Sequence record: SRR31156797_1272
DNA: 38,786 bases
Reading direction: 5' to 3' (one strand)
In this document: positions 20,789 through 31,623 of the stretch, in pieces
Numbering within the stretch: position 1 is the first letter of the stretch
Layout: each line of letters begins with the position of its first letter
Notes under the pieces: generated by a model
Databases searched by the model: none
What the model saw: the letters and a program-made list of their open reading frames with translations, nothing else
Told to the model about the DNA's origin: nothing
Position numbers and translations under genes: made by a program

Positions 20789-20997
20789 TTTTTTAAAAGC
20801 TTAAATTATTTGTATAATTCTAGTAATTATCGTTAAATTTGGTAGAGACCAAAATCGTATTCATTTCTTTTAGAAAATGATATTCTTATATTCGGAATAG
20901 CTATCTTTTAAACAATTTATTTAGCGGGTGAGTAGCAGGTTTTGGTATGCCTTACTATAATCCAATTGTGATGGTTTTATAATTAAAAAACACATCA

Positions 20998-23900
20998 GTG
21001 AATAAACTTTTACTTACCATAGCATTCCTGTTGAGTGTATTTAATTCCGGTGCTTCGGAGTTAGATCAAATTCCATTTGAATACCTAGATACAGGATCAA
21101 GTGTATCTTTAGTAAGATGTGTTTATAGAGATAGTGATGATTATTTGTGGGTTGGGCATTATGACGGTGTAGTTAGATACGGTAATAATAATGTTGTGAA
21201 TTATCAACACAGCAAATCGGATACAAATACGATTACTAATAATATAGTTGTTAATGTACTAGAGGACGATAAGAAGAATATTTGGATTTGCACCTTTAAC
21301 GGATTAAATAAGTTTAATAAAATCACCAATCGTTTTGATCGTTATTTAAAGGATATTGAAATTATCGATGAGTTTAATATTCAAATAGTCTATCAAGTTT
21401 ATCAGGATGTTAGTAAACGAATATGGGTAGCTGCAGGTTCCGGTTTATATGAGTATTCATTCGATCTTGATTCAATGATAAATCATCCTTTACCATTACC
21501 AGATTCATTAAGAAATATTACTTCAATCCAAGAAGATTCCAAAGGAAACTTATGGTTGGCTTGTAGAGCTAATTATATTATCAAGTATAATCCCCAAAGC
21601 AAAAAAAGCGATTTATATGCAGTAGAGGGGATACCTCAGGATAACAAAATAGATAAAACAATTTTAGTAGATAGCCATGATGATATTTGGATTGCTAATT
21701 CGAGATACTGTTTTTCGTATTTTGATCCGAAAGAAAAGAAATTTAATCATTATTATGAAAATAAAAATGGAACAGGCCTAAATAGCCAAAGTGTTTTTCA
21801 TTTAGCAGAATATGATGATAAGTATATCCTTGTTGCAACCGATCAGGGTGGAATAAATGTCTTCAATAAGCAATCGCAAAAGTTTAACTATGTTAGTTCG
21901 TTTAAAGGGAATGCAGGTAAGTTGACTTCTGATGGTATATTGTATGTGTACAAGGATAATGAAGGTATTATTTGGGTTGGTACTTCCAGAGGAGGTGTAT
22001 GTTATTATAATCCTAAGGAACATTATTTTAAAGTTTATCGAAAAAAAGATGTTGATTATTATTCACCCAAAAACAAAAGTTTATCCAACGGAGTAGTTGG
22101 TTGTTTAATGGAAGATTCACGAGGACTTATCTGGATTGGTACTGATGGAGGTGGAATAAATATTTTAGATAGAAAAACGGGGCATATTCGAGTTTTAAAT
22201 ACAGAAAACTCTAAGCTTAGATTTAATACTGTTCGCTCAATGTCAGAAGATAAAGATGGGAATGTTATTATTTGTTTATGGCCTAATACGCTCGATAAGT
22301 ACATTCGTAAAAAGGATGAGATAGAACCTTTAAATATGAATACTAGCTATCTAAATGAGTATGTGTGGACTACTTCTATTGATTATAAAAACAGACTTTG
22401 GTTAATTGGAGGAAGTGGAAACGTAGCTATGTTAGAAGGTGATAGTGTTGCTTATTTAAATGAACATAATACTCAAGGGAATTTTTATGAGGCAACCCAA
22501 GTTTATTGTTCCCAAAATAGCTCAACGATTAGGCTTTTACTGCCGAGTCAAGGAATGTATAAATGGAATGAAAAAACAAAAGAGTTTGATGTCCCAATAT
22601 ATTTAGGGAATGATATAGTGCAGGTTGAAGAAGATAATGAAGGCAACCTATGGGTAGGAACAGCTAATAAAGGAGTATTGATGTATAAAAAGAATTCAAA
22701 TGATACTATATATTACAATATTTCTAATGGATTGTCTAATAATCAGGTGAAGTCAATGTTGATTGATAATTTAGGTGATGTTTGGGTAGCAACCAATAAT
22801 GGTTTAAATCAAATTTCTGTTAAAGACAGTATTATCTACTCGTATTCTAAAGAAGATGGCTTGCAAGGAAATCAGTATTTTACAATTGCGAGTTTATTAA
22901 CAAATGATGGAGCACTCTTTTTTGGAGGGAATCAAGGTTTGGATTCGTTTTATCCAGATAAAATACAAAGGAATGATTATTTGCCAAAGGTGTTTGTAGA
23001 AAGCGTAAATGTAATTGCGCAAAATAAAAGAGAAAACTACTTACTTTATCCTCAAAATTCAGATACCATTTATTTAAAGTGGTACCAAAGTCGACTAGAA
23101 ATTTCCTTTTTTGCTAATAACTTTACTTTTAAGAAAAAAACAAAGTTTAAGTATAGTTTAACTAGTTCATTGGATAATAATATAAAAATTACAGATGGTA
23201 ATTATGCTATATTTAATTATTTAAAACCAGGAAGTTATAAGTTTGAAGTTTTTGCAGCAAATAGTGATGGTTTGTGGAATGATAAGGGATACAGTTTGTT
23301 TTTTGAGGTGAAGGAAAAAATGTGGAAAAGAACCTGGTTTTATCTATTTCTTGCATTTATGATTGTCCTGTCTATTTATATAACCATTCTCTGGCGAGAA
23401 AAGAATTTAAGAAGAATTAAGTTACAGTTAGAGGAGAAAGTTAAGGATAGAACACGAACCATTGAAAAACAAAATGACCTTTTGATGGAGCAACATGAAG
23501 AATTATTTGTTCAGAAAGAAGAATTGCAACAGCATAAAGATCATCTTGAAAACATGATTGGAGAACGAACCGCTGAGTTAGTAAAAGCCAAAGAAAAAGC
23601 AGAAAACTCAGATCGTTTAAAATCCTATTTTTTGGCGAATATGAGTCACGAAATCCGTACGCCAATGAATGCTATAATCGGATTTTCATCATTACTTGAA
23701 GACGATTCTATTGAAGGAGAGGAGAAACATGGTTTTATTGAATTGATTGTCAGGAATTCTAACGCTCTTCTTTTATTAATCGAGGATATACTTGACTTTT
23801 CACAAATAGAGGCCAATCAATTAAAAATAAGAAAAGAAGAGTTTTCTGTAAACCGTTTACTGGATGAAGTATATTCTACTTTTTCCTTGAGAAACGAAAA

Positions 23901-24720
23901 TCCTTTGGTGGAAATTAAAAAAGAGAATCAGCTGAATTCGGTTGATCTGCATATATATTCTGATGAATACAGAATACGTCAGATACTATTTAATTTAATG
24001 GGGAATGCCCTTAAGTTTACTAAAAGTGGCAGTATTAGCTTAGGTGTAATTATTGTTGATTCCAATGTGAAATTTTATGTAAAAGATACTGGTGTTGGAA
24101 TGAGCGAAGGTGAAGTTAAAGTTATTTTTAATCAGTTTGTAAAACTAAACAGGGATCAGGTAAGTGCGAAACGTGGAATTGGTTTAGGATTGGCAATCTC
24201 CAGGCGATTAGCCAAACTCCTTGGCGGGGATTTATCTGTGGAATCAAAACCTAAAGTAGGATCAACTTTTATTTTAAGCTTACCTTATGAACAGTCTTTA
24301 GAAGAATTCTCAAAAAAAGTAAAAGAGATAAAAGTAGCCTCAACTGTTAATTGGGAGGATAAACGCATTTTAGTAGTGGAGGATGAACAAGCTAATTTTA
24401 AGTTTTTAGAGGAATTATTAAAAAAGACAAAGATTAAAATTGATTATGTGGAGGATGGCCTACAAGCTGTACAGAATTGCGATAAATGTGATAAATATGA
24501 TGTTGTTCTGATGGATATCCGAATGCCCATTATGAACGGATATGAAGCCTTAATGAAAATTAAAGCTGCCTGTAAAAAACAAATTGTTATTGCACAAACA
24601 GCTTATGCCAGACCCGAGGACAAAGTTAAAATCAAAGAAGCCGGTTTTACGGATTATATGGCTAAACCATTTTTACCAAAGGATATTATAGATCTATTAC
24701 AAAAATACCTGGGTGCCTAA
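20998..24720 (+). CDS. Hybrid sensor kinase with periplasmic beta-propeller/Y_Y_Y sensor, HisKA, HATPase and receiver (no AraC output)
   Basis: Repeated DxxGxIWIGT propeller motifs, LKPGSYKFEVFAANSDG, a TM helix, FLANMSHEIRTPMNAI, GIGLGLAI, VLMDIRMP. Protein ends after the receiver. Confidence 0.92.
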   Translation: MNKLLLTIAFLLSVFNSGASELDQIPFEYLDTGSSVSLVRCVYRDSDDYLWVGHYDGVVRYGNNNVVNYQHSKSDTNTITNNIVVNVLEDDKKNIWICTFNGLNKFNKITNRFDRYLKDIEIIDEFNIQIVYQVYQDVSKRIWVAAGSGLYEYSFDLDSMINHPLPLPDSLRNITSIQEDSKGNLWLACRANYIIKYNPQSKKSDLYAVEGIPQDNKIDKTILVDSHDDIWIANSRYCFSYFDPKEKKFNHYYENKNGTGLNSQSVFHLAEYDDKYILVATDQGGINVFNKQSQKFNYVSSFKGNAGKLTSDGILYVYKDNEGIIWVGTSRGGVCYYNPKEHYFKVYRKKDVDYYSPKNKSLSNGVVGCLMEDSRGLIWIGTDGGGINILDRKTGHIRVLNTENSKLRFNTVRSMSEDKDGNVIICLWPNTLDKYIRKKDEIEPLNMNTSYLNEYVWTTSIDYKNRLWLIGGSGNVAMLEGDSVAYLNEHNTQGNFYEATQVYCSQNSSTIRLLLPSQGMYKWNEKTKEFDVPIYLGNDIVQVEEDNEGNLWVGTANKGVLMYKKNSNDTIYYNISNGLSNNQVKSMLIDNLGDVWVATNNGLNQISVKDSIIYSYSKEDGLQGNQYFTIASLLTNDGALFFGGNQGLDSFYPDKIQRNDYLPKVFVESVNVIAQNKRENYLLYPQNSDTIYLKWYQSRLEISFFANNFTFKKKTKFKYSLTSSLDNNIKITDGNYAIFNYLKPGSYKFEVFAANSDGLWNDKGYSLFFEVKEKMWKRTWFYLFLAFMIVLSIYITILWREKNLRRIKLQLEEKVKDRTRTIEKQNDLLMEQHEELFVQKEELQQHKDHLENMIGERTAELVKAKEKAENSDRLKSYFLANMSHEIRTPMNAIIGFSSLLEDDSIEGEEKHGFIELIVRNSNALLLLIEDILDFSQIEANQLKIRKEEFSVNRLLDEVYSTFSLRNENPLVEIKKENQLNSVDLHIYSDEYRIRQILFNLMGNALKFTKSGSISLGVIIVDSNVKFYVKDTGVGMSEGEVKVIFNQFVKLNRDQVSAKRGIGLGLAISRRLAKLLGGDLSVESKPKVGSTFILSLPYEQSLEEFSKKVKEIKVASTVNWEDKRILVVEDEQANFKFLEELLKKTKIKIDYVEDGLQAVQNCDKCDKYDVVLMDIRMPIMNGYEALMKIKAACKKQIVIAQTAYARPEDKVKIKEAGFTDYMAKPFLPKDIIDLLQKYLGA

Positions 24721-24807
24721 GTCGCTAATAAAAGAATTATACTTCATCATATGGTATCGTATGTTTTTAGTTTTATATTTCGCATGAAATATAAAAATAT
24801 GTTCGAA

Positions 24808-25440
24808 ATGAAAATATTACGAAATCTCCTTTTGCTTGTTTTATTTTTAAACCCATTGATTTTAATGGCGCAGTTAGAAGCAGTTACCACTGAGGGTAAA
24901 ACCGTTTTGTTATTTGAGAATGGTACGTGGAAATATAAAGATGAAGCTGTTACTATAAATGAATTTAAAACAGATCTAAATTCTAATTTCTCAGGAGAAT
25001 CGGAGATGGTGGAGTTGTTTTATGCCAATAGTCAACGTTTGGTAAAATACTTTGGAGATTTAAAAGGTAAGATAAAATGCAGAGCTATATGCAAAATCGA
25101 CTCAGGTCAAGCAAAAATTTATTTTCAGTGGGAGGTAGGCTTAATTGATAGCTACCGGTATTTTGGAAATATGAAAGCAGGAAAGGAACTGTGGTTACAA
25201 ACAAGGAATGGAGAAGAGATTGCTTTGGTGATTTCAGAAGATGCTGAAATAGAGTTTTTAGATAAGTATAACTATTCGGTTCTAAAAGGAACATGTTTGC
25301 TCACGGAGGAACAGTTTCTGAAAGTAATGAATTCGGATATAACGGAATTAAAAGTAGGGTGGAAAAAAGAAGCAGAATCGTATGTAATTCATGATCCCCG
25401 GATCTTTAAAAAGATGTTTACTTCAGTTCTGAATGAATAA
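24808..25440 (+). CDS. Secreted hypothetical protein (DUF3157-like N-terminal motif)
   Basis: Start moved from 24751 to ATG 24808, giving the signal peptide MKILRNLLLLVLFLNPLILMA. This is followed by AVTTEGKTVLLFENGTWKY. Confidence 0.6.
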   Translation: MKILRNLLLLVLFLNPLILMAQLEAVTTEGKTVLLFENGTWKYKDEAVTINEFKTDLNSNFSGESEMVELFYANSQRLVKYFGDLKGKIKCRAICKIDSGQAKIYFQWEVGLIDSYRYFGNMKAGKELWLQTRNGEEIALVISEDAEIEFLDKYNYSVLKGTCLLTEEQFLKVMNSDITELKVGWKKEAESYVIHDPRIFKKMFTSVLNE

Positions 25441-25441
25441 A

Positions 25442-25476
25442 AAAAGGTCAGTAGTTTATAATTCTGCTGACCTTTT
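25442..25476. terminator. Bidirectional terminator between convergent genes
   Basis: AAAAGGTCAGTAG-tttataatt-CTGCTGACCTTTT. Confidence 0.8.
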
Positions 25477-25506
25477 CATATTTCTTATATACCAGAGGTT
25501 TGTGTT

Positions 25507-27312
25507 CTAGTGGATAGCATCAATAATTTTACCTTCCTTGGTAATTTCACCTTCAGAAATTGTAATGGCTGTTTCAATTAAAGCTAAATGCGAATATGCC
25601 TGAGGGAAGTTACCTAGCTGTTGCTTGGTTTCAAAGTCTAAATCCTCACTAAATAATCCAAGGTGGTTGTTGTAAGTCAGTAGTTCTTCAAAACGTTTTT
25701 TAGCTTGCTCTTTTTCTCCAATTTTGTACAAAGCATTTACCAGCCAAAAAGCACAAATGGTAAAAGCAGATTTAGGTAAACCAAAATCATCCTGGTTAAT
25801 GTATCGATACATTAAGCCGTTATATTCTAATTCTTTTTGAATAGCATAAACCGTAGATTTAAACCTTTCGTCTTTGGAACTAACAAAACCATAGCTTTCC
25901 ATTAAAAGAACAGAGGCATCTAAATCATCCGTTCCATAAGCTTGAGTATAAGATTGTTTAGCCTCTGACCATGCATTTAATTCTATATCAGCCTTTATTT
26001 TGTCCTCAAGTTTCTTCCACTTTTTGGTGTAATCATCTTGTTTTAACAAAGCAGCAATTTTCTGAGCTCTGTCAATGGCTACCCAACAAAGTACCTTACT
26101 AAAGGTAAAGTGTTTGCTCTCGTTGCGAATTTCCCAAATTCCCTTATCTGGTTTTTTCCAATTACTTTCCACCATTTTTACCACATTTCTAACTACAGTC
26201 CATAGGTCTTCACTGTAACCTAAAGAATGAGAGTTAATGCTAAAATGCTGGTAAATAGCATCCATTAAAATTCCGTAAATATCATTCTGCTTCTGCTTAT
26301 AGGCAGCATTTCCAACACGCACGGGTTTTGAGTTTCCATATCCATCTAAATGAGGCAGCTCATATTCTGATAGTCGCTTTTCTCCACTAATACCGTACAT
26401 AATCTGCATCTTTTCATCTTTCTCCGGGAGAATATCAACGATGAAGCGTAGATAATTTTGAGCAACCGTATTGTGTCCAATCAGGTTTAATATTTTTACC
26501 ACCATCGAACCATCCCTGATCCAGCAAAAACGATAATCCCAGTTTCTGACTTCTCCAATAGTTTCAGGTAATGAGGTGGTTAATGCCGCTAAAACGGCGC
26601 CTGTTTTTTCGTAACTTAAAAGTTTTAATGTGAGTGCACTACGAACGATCTCTTCGTTGTATTTACTAAAGCGGGTTGTACGTTCCGACCAGTTTAACCA
26701 ATAAACTTTAGTACGTTCCATCTTAAGTTTAACCCGATGGATATCTTGCTTTAAAATTTTCTGATTATAACTCACCAGTAAAAAACGCGATTGCGTTAAG
26801 GTGATGGTTTCTTTATTTATGATATCGTCATAATCAAAGTCGGAATACATATACAAAGAATCATACGGTCCTTTTTTGGTAACAGCTTTTACATACTTTT
26901 TCTCCTTTGATAAAAAGGTGGTATGTAAAGCGTATTCCAATTTTGGATCGTAAGTAATTTTAAAAGTAGGTGCCCCGCTAATTCTATTAAAAACCCTTAC
27001 CACGTCAGGTGGTGAGTAGTATGAGCCGTCATCATTTTTGTAACGAGGCATAAAATCAATGACTTCAAAAACGCCATCCTCACAAATAAATCGCGTGCAC
27101 AACAAATTTGTTCTATCAATATACTCCTGCCCAATTGATAAAAGTTTCTCAGGTTCAATAGACATGGAACCGCCCTTTTCCGTGTCTAGTAATTTTGCAA
27201 ATACCGATGGTGCATCAAACTTTGGCAAACATAACCAATCGATACTCCCCTTTTCGGAAACTAAAGCTGCCGATTTGCAGTTTCCGATAATCCCGTAATT
27301 CAGATTCTCCAT
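25507..27312 (-). CDS. Glycoside hydrolase family 15 (trehalase-like)
   Basis: YGIIGNCKSAALVS, IDWLCLPKFDAPSVF, TTSLPE..GEVRNWDYRFCWIRD, GIWEIR, GLFSED, LGNFPQAYSHLALI. Confidence 0.93.
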   Translation of the reverse strand: MENLNYGIIGNCKSAALVSEKGSIDWLCLPKFDAPSVFAKLLDTEKGGSMSIEPEKLLSIGQEYIDRTNLLCTRFICEDGVFEVIDFMPRYKNDDGSYYSPPDVVRVFNRISGAPTFKITYDPKLEYALHTTFLSKEKKYVKAVTKKGPYDSLYMYSDFDYDDIINKETITLTQSRFLLVSYNQKILKQDIHRVKLKMERTKVYWLNWSERTTRFSKYNEEIVRSALTLKLLSYEKTGAVLAALTTSLPETIGEVRNWDYRFCWIRDGSMVVKILNLIGHNTVAQNYLRFIVDILPEKDEKMQIMYGISGEKRLSEYELPHLDGYGNSKPVRVGNAAYKQKQNDIYGILMDAIYQHFSINSHSLGYSEDLWTVVRNVVKMVESNWKKPDKGIWEIRNESKHFTFSKVLCWVAIDRAQKIAALLKQDDYTKKWKKLEDKIKADIELNAWSEAKQSYTQAYGTDDLDASVLLMESYGFVSSKDERFKSTVYAIQKELEYNGLMYRYINQDDFGLPKSAFTICAFWLVNALYKIGEKEQAKKRFEELLTYNNHLGLFSEDLDFETKQQLGNFPQAYSHLALIETAITISEGEITKEGKIIDAIH

Positions 27313-27396
27313 ATATTAAAATTTATTGGTTAGTTTTGTAGTACCTCCAAAAAAAGGGGTATTATTTTTAAAATTCAAATAAAAAGCATCATATCT

Positions 27397-29598
27397 ATGC
27401 AAAAAATTCACATTGTTTCTAACAGACTCCCGTTTAGTATTAAGGATGAAGATGAAAATATATCACTTGAAGCCAGTGTAGGGGGGCTAGCTACAGGTAT
27501 GAAGTCGATTTATAAAGATTATGGTGGTACCTGGATTGGTTGGCCCGGAGTAAACAGTGATCAACTCGAAAAGGAGAAGATGGAAACCATCGATAATCTC
27601 TTTAAAGGTGAAAAATGTGCGCCAGTACACTTGAGTTCCGAGGAAATTCATCTTTTCTACGAAGGATTTAGTAACAGAACCATCTGGCCACTATTCCATT
27701 ATTTTACTCAGTTCGCCGATTTTAACAACGAAGATTGGGAAACCTATAAAAGCGTAAACCAGAAATTTGCCGATGCTGCACTGGAAACACTAGATGACGG
27801 CGATGCTGTTTGGGTACATGATTACCAGCTATTACTGGTTCCGGAAATGATAAAATCAAAAAAGCCTAACGTTACAGTCGGTTTCTTTTTACACATTCCG
27901 TTTCCTTCGTACGAGGTCTTCCGAATTTTACCATGGCGTAATGAAATTATAAAAGGTATGTTGGGCGCCGATTTAATTGGATTTCATACTTATGATTATG
28001 AACGTCACTTCTTTAGTTGTGTGCGTCGTTTATTCGGATACGAAATTTCATTTAATCAAATTCATATTGAAGAGCGCATCATCATTGCTGATTCTTTTCC
28101 AATGGGAATCGATTACCAGAAGTTTATGCAAAGTGCCCAGGATGTTAGTATGAAGGCGATTACGGAAAAATCGGACTTGCATAAGGAATTAGATAAGTAC
28201 TTTTTAGCTTCGCCAGACAGGAAGTTGATTTTGTCTATTGATCGATTGGATTATACCAAAGGAATTCCAAACCGATTAAAAGCTTTCGGAAGATTCCTTG
28301 AAAAATATCCTGAATTCAGGCAAAAAGTAACATTAATAATGCTAGCTGTGCCTTCTCGCGGTCAGGTTGATCACTATCAGCAATTAAAAAGAGAGGTAGA
28401 TGAATTGGTTGGTCAGATTAACGGCGCCTATGGTACTATTAATTATGCTCCAATCTGGTATTTTTATCGTTCTTTGCCGTTTAATAATTTAATAGAGCTG
28501 TATAGTTCTTGTGATGTGGCATTGATTACGCCTGTGCGCGACGGTATGAATCTGGTAGCCAAAGAATATGTCGCATCCAGAATTAACAATACTGGTGTAC
28601 TTATTCTAAGTGAAATGGCTGGGGTAGCTAAAGAAATGGGAGAGTCTTTAATCATCAATCCTGTTGATGAAGAAGATATGGCAGACAGTATTTATCAGGC
28701 TTTAACAATGCCGATAGAGGAGCAAAAAGAACGTATAGCGTATATGAAAGAGCGCATTCAAAGATACGATGTGTTTAAGTGGGCCGGAGAATTTGTTAAG
28801 TCATTAAAGAAAGCTGAGAATGTTCAGAGCGACTTTTTAGCTAAACGAATTACTAAGAATTTATCTACTAAACTTACTGAAAAGTATCAGGATGCAAAAA
28901 AACGTGCTATCTTTTTAGATTATGACGGAACGCTTTCGCACTTTAAAAAGAATCCGCAAGATGCCAAACCGGATGAAGAATTGCACAGTATTATAAAAAA
29001 CCTAACATCTAATGAGTTAAATACGGTGACTATTATTAGTGGTCGCGACCGTTATACGCTTGAGAAATGGTTTGCCGGACATAAAGTTAATTTAATATGC
29101 GAGCATGGCGTTTGGCTTAAAAAGGTAGGTGGAGAATGGGAAATGCTATCTACAGTTAACAATAATTGGATGCCTAATGTACGTCCTGTAATGGAAAATT
29201 TTGTGGATCGTACTCCTGGTAGCTTTATTGAAGAAAAGAACTACTCTTTGGTTTGGCACTTCCGTAAATCAGAACCGGAACAAGGAGAGTTAAGAGCTAA
29301 TGAATTGAAAGATGAATTAAATACGCATCTATCTAACCATAACCTTGAAATTATGGAAGGAAATAAGGTAATTGAAGTAAAGAGTGGTGGAATTAATAAA
29401 GGTGTAGCAGCTTTAAAATTCTTAAACAACCAGCCTTTTGATTATATTATGGCTATTGGTGATGACTGGACAGATGAATTTATGTTCCGAGAATTGCCTG
29501 AGGAAGCGATAACCATAAAAGTGGGAATGAAACATACTAAAGCTGCGTATAAAGTAGAATCGGTTGATGCCGTTCGAGCTTTGTTAAAACAGATGTAA
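27397..29598 (+). CDS. otsAB: Bifunctional trehalose-6-phosphate synthase/phosphatase (OtsA-OtsB fusion)
   Basis: GT20 motifs VSNRLP, WVHDYQL, FFLHIPFP, DRLDYTKG, RDGMNLVAKEY. HAD motifs FLDYDGTL, ISGR, GDDWTDE. Confidence 0.95.
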   Translation: MQKIHIVSNRLPFSIKDEDENISLEASVGGLATGMKSIYKDYGGTWIGWPGVNSDQLEKEKMETIDNLFKGEKCAPVHLSSEEIHLFYEGFSNRTIWPLFHYFTQFADFNNEDWETYKSVNQKFADAALETLDDGDAVWVHDYQLLLVPEMIKSKKPNVTVGFFLHIPFPSYEVFRILPWRNEIIKGMLGADLIGFHTYDYERHFFSCVRRLFGYEISFNQIHIEERIIIADSFPMGIDYQKFMQSAQDVSMKAITEKSDLHKELDKYFLASPDRKLILSIDRLDYTKGIPNRLKAFGRFLEKYPEFRQKVTLIMLAVPSRGQVDHYQQLKREVDELVGQINGAYGTINYAPIWYFYRSLPFNNLIELYSSCDVALITPVRDGMNLVAKEYVASRINNTGVLILSEMAGVAKEMGESLIINPVDEEDMADSIYQALTMPIEEQKERIAYMKERIQRYDVFKWAGEFVKSLKKAENVQSDFLAKRITKNLSTKLTEKYQDAKKRAIFLDYDGTLSHFKKNPQDAKPDEELHSIIKNLTSNELNTVTIISGRDRYTLEKWFAGHKVNLICEHGVWLKKVGGEWEMLSTVNNNWMPNVRPVMENFVDRTPGSFIEEKNYSLVWHFRKSEPEQGELRANELKDELNTHLSNHNLEIMEGNKVIEVKSGGINKGVAALKFLNNQPFDYIMAIGDDWTDEFMFRELPEEAITIKVGMKHTKAAYKVESVDAVRALLKQM

Positions 29599-29618
29599 AA
29601 AGTGTTAATTTTACTTTT

Positions 29619-29651
29619 GCCCCCACGTCGATTAGGTGTGGGGTGTTTTTT
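29619..29651 (+). terminator. Probable terminator after otsAB
   Basis: CCCCAC…GTGGGG GC-rich stem followed by a T run. Confidence 0.65.
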
Positions 29652-29799
29652 GTTTTATTCAATTAATAATCTATGATGTAAAAGAAGGGTCTGTAATACA
29701 AAAAAAGAGTTTTTTTTGTATTAGCCTTTAATTGCATCAGCGATATTGTTTGTTGATTTCTGATCTAATCTATATCTTGCCCACAATTTTTTTGAAGGT

Positions 29800-30360
29800 A
29801 TGATAGTTGAAGGTAGAATAATATCCTACGATAGTATTGAGTTTAAAGAATTATTTGATCGTTTGTATCCATCCATGTGCATGGTTGCAGATCGTTTTTT
29901 TGATAATAATGCGCTGAGTCAGGATATAGTACAAGAGGCCTTTATTAAATTATGGCAGAAAGATGATGAAGAGTTCAAATCGGAACAAGCACTTCGAAAA
30001 TATTTGTATGTTCTGGTTAAAAACGCCGCAATAACCGAATTAAGGAAGCAAAATAGAATAGAAAATTCACCTATCGAGGATCATAAAAATTTGTTGACAG
30101 ATAAGGTGTTTCTTGATGAAGTTTTAAAAGAGGAAACATATCAGTTACTTCAAAAAGCCATATCTAATTTAACTCCCCAAACAAAAAAAATAATTCGTCT
30201 ATCCTTAAAAGGTTATATAAATAAAGAAATTGCCAAGGAACTAAATATTAGTGTAAATACCGTAAAAACCTTAAAACAAAGAGCATATAAAATGCTTAGA
30301 GAGCAATTAGGTAATGAGTTTTTGGTAATCCTGTACATCTATATGGCTTATAACTTGTAA
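29800..30360 (+). CDS. FecI-type ECF sigma-70 factor (Bacteroidota PUL-associated)
   Basis: FKELFDRLY, SQDIVQEAFIKLW, GYINKEIAKELNISVNTVKT. Lies directly upstream of fecR. Confidence 0.92.
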   Translation: MIVEGRIISYDSIEFKELFDRLYPSMCMVADRFFDNNALSQDIVQEAFIKLWQKDDEEFKSEQALRKYLYVLVKNAAITELRKQNRIENSPIEDHKNLLTDKVFLDEVLKEETYQLLQKAISNLTPQTKKIIRLSLKGYINKEIAKELNISVNTVKTLKQRAYKMLREQLGNEFLVILYIYMAYNL

Positions 30361-30377
30361 AAAAAGTATCTTATTTG

Positions 30378-30405
30378 TCACCCACTTGTAATTTTATTGC
30401 GTCTT
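30378..30405 (+). promoter_or_regulatory. Candidate ECF-dependent promoter of fecR-susC-susD (TCACCC-N16-CGTCTT)
   Basis: TCACCC acttgtaattttattg CGTCTT, 30 bp upstream of fecR. The same motif and spacing recur at 38242 and 38502. Confidence 0.65.
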
Positions 30406-30435
30406 TTAGTTACGATGTGTAATTATTCGTAACTT

Positions 30436-31623
30436 ATGGTCATGATGAATCCTATAGATGAGATATTTAAAGTTTCCAAGCTAATAGTAGAAGAAAGCAT
30501 GAGTGATCTTAACGATAATGATCGAGAGCTTTTAAATAGTTGGAAGAATAAAGAAGATAATCTTAAAATTTATGATGAGGTCAAAAGTGAAGTTTTATAT
30601 GTTGATCGTAATCAGAAACTTCAGCAATTTGACGCAACAAAAGCCTGGAAAGGTTTTGTTGTTAGAATGGATAAACAGAATTCAACAAATGAGAGGCGAA
30701 AGAAAAAACTAGCATTCCGTTTTTCTCCAATAGCAGCAATCTTTTTAATAGGTTTATTCACTTATATGTCTGTTGTTATATGGCAGAAATATATGGTAGC
30801 AAATGATATATTAATTGAGCCAGGGCATTATAAAGCAGAGTTGATAGTTGACGGGCAAGTCTTTAAGCTTGAAGATCAAATTAAACATATTAATAAGCAA
30901 GGTGTTAGAATTAGAAATGAGAAGGGAAAATTAATTTATAATAGTAAAAATAATACCGATTCATTAGAAAGATCACCAAATAAGCTTATTGTGCCAAGAG
31001 GAGGTGAGTATCAATTAATTTTATCAGATGGAACAAAGGTTTGGTTAAACTCGGAAACTGAACTCTCCTATCCAGAACAGTTTACTAGTGAGGAAAGAAG
31101 AGTATCCTTAACAGGAGAAGCTTATTTTGAGGTGACTAAAAATCAAAACAAACCATTTATTGTAGAATCTGGAAGTATTGAAATTAAAGTTTTAGGAACC
31201 TCTTTTAATGTGCGTAATTATGCAGAAGAAAAAGTATATGCCACAACCTTGGTTGAAGGTAGTGTAGAGTTGTTGTCAAAAAATAGAGAATTTGAAACAA
31301 CACTTCTTATGCCGGGTTATCAGTTTAAAGTCAATAAGGAAACCAATAAATCTGGTTTACTTCAGGTAAACCTTAAAGAATATGTATCCTGGAAAGATGG
31401 GGTATACACTTTTAAGCATAAACCATTATCTGATGTATTAAACGAATTAAGTCGATGGTATGATGTTAGAATTATATATGCCGATCATGAAATTGGTAAC
31501 AAAACGATAACAGGGAACTTTAAGCGCAGCCAAAATTTTAATGAGTTTATAGAGCTCGTAAATAAAATTGAAGTTGCTGAGCTGCATATAGAAGAAAGAA
31601 CAATTATTGTATCTGAAAAATAA
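30436..31623 (+). CDS. fecR: FecR-family anti-sigma factor
   Basis: TM helix, VPRGGEYQLILSDGTKVWLNSET, RRVSLTGEAYFEV, VLGTSFNV, SWKDG, LSRWYDV. Confidence 0.95.
   Translation: MVMMNPIDEIFKVSKLIVEESMSDLNDNDRELLNSWKNKEDNLKIYDEVKSEVLYVDRNQKLQQFDATKAWKGFVVRMDKQNSTNERRKKKLAFRFSPIAAIFLIGLFTYMSVVIWQKYMVANDILIEPGHYKAELIVDGQVFKLEDQIKHINKQGVRIRNEKGKLIYNSKNNTDSLERSPNKLIVPRGGEYQLILSDGTKVWLNSETELSYPEQFTSEERRVSLTGEAYFEVTKNQNKPFIVESGSIEIKVLGTSFNVRNYAEEKVYATTLVEGSVELLSKNREFETTLLMPGYQFKVNKETNKSGLLQVNLKEYVSWKDGVYTFKHKPLSDVLNELSRWYDVRIIYADHEIGNKTITGNFKRSQNFNEFIELVNKIEVAELHIEERTIIVSEK

Noticed and set aside
24751-24807. Upstream start of the 229-aa ORF
   Set aside because: The signal peptide begins at 24808, and a promoter-like TATATTTCG lies inside the extension.
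29612-29619. TACTTTTG -7 box directly before the otsAB terminator
   Set aside because: It would initiate inside the hairpin, has no supporting -33 box, and such matches are frequent in AT-rich DNA.
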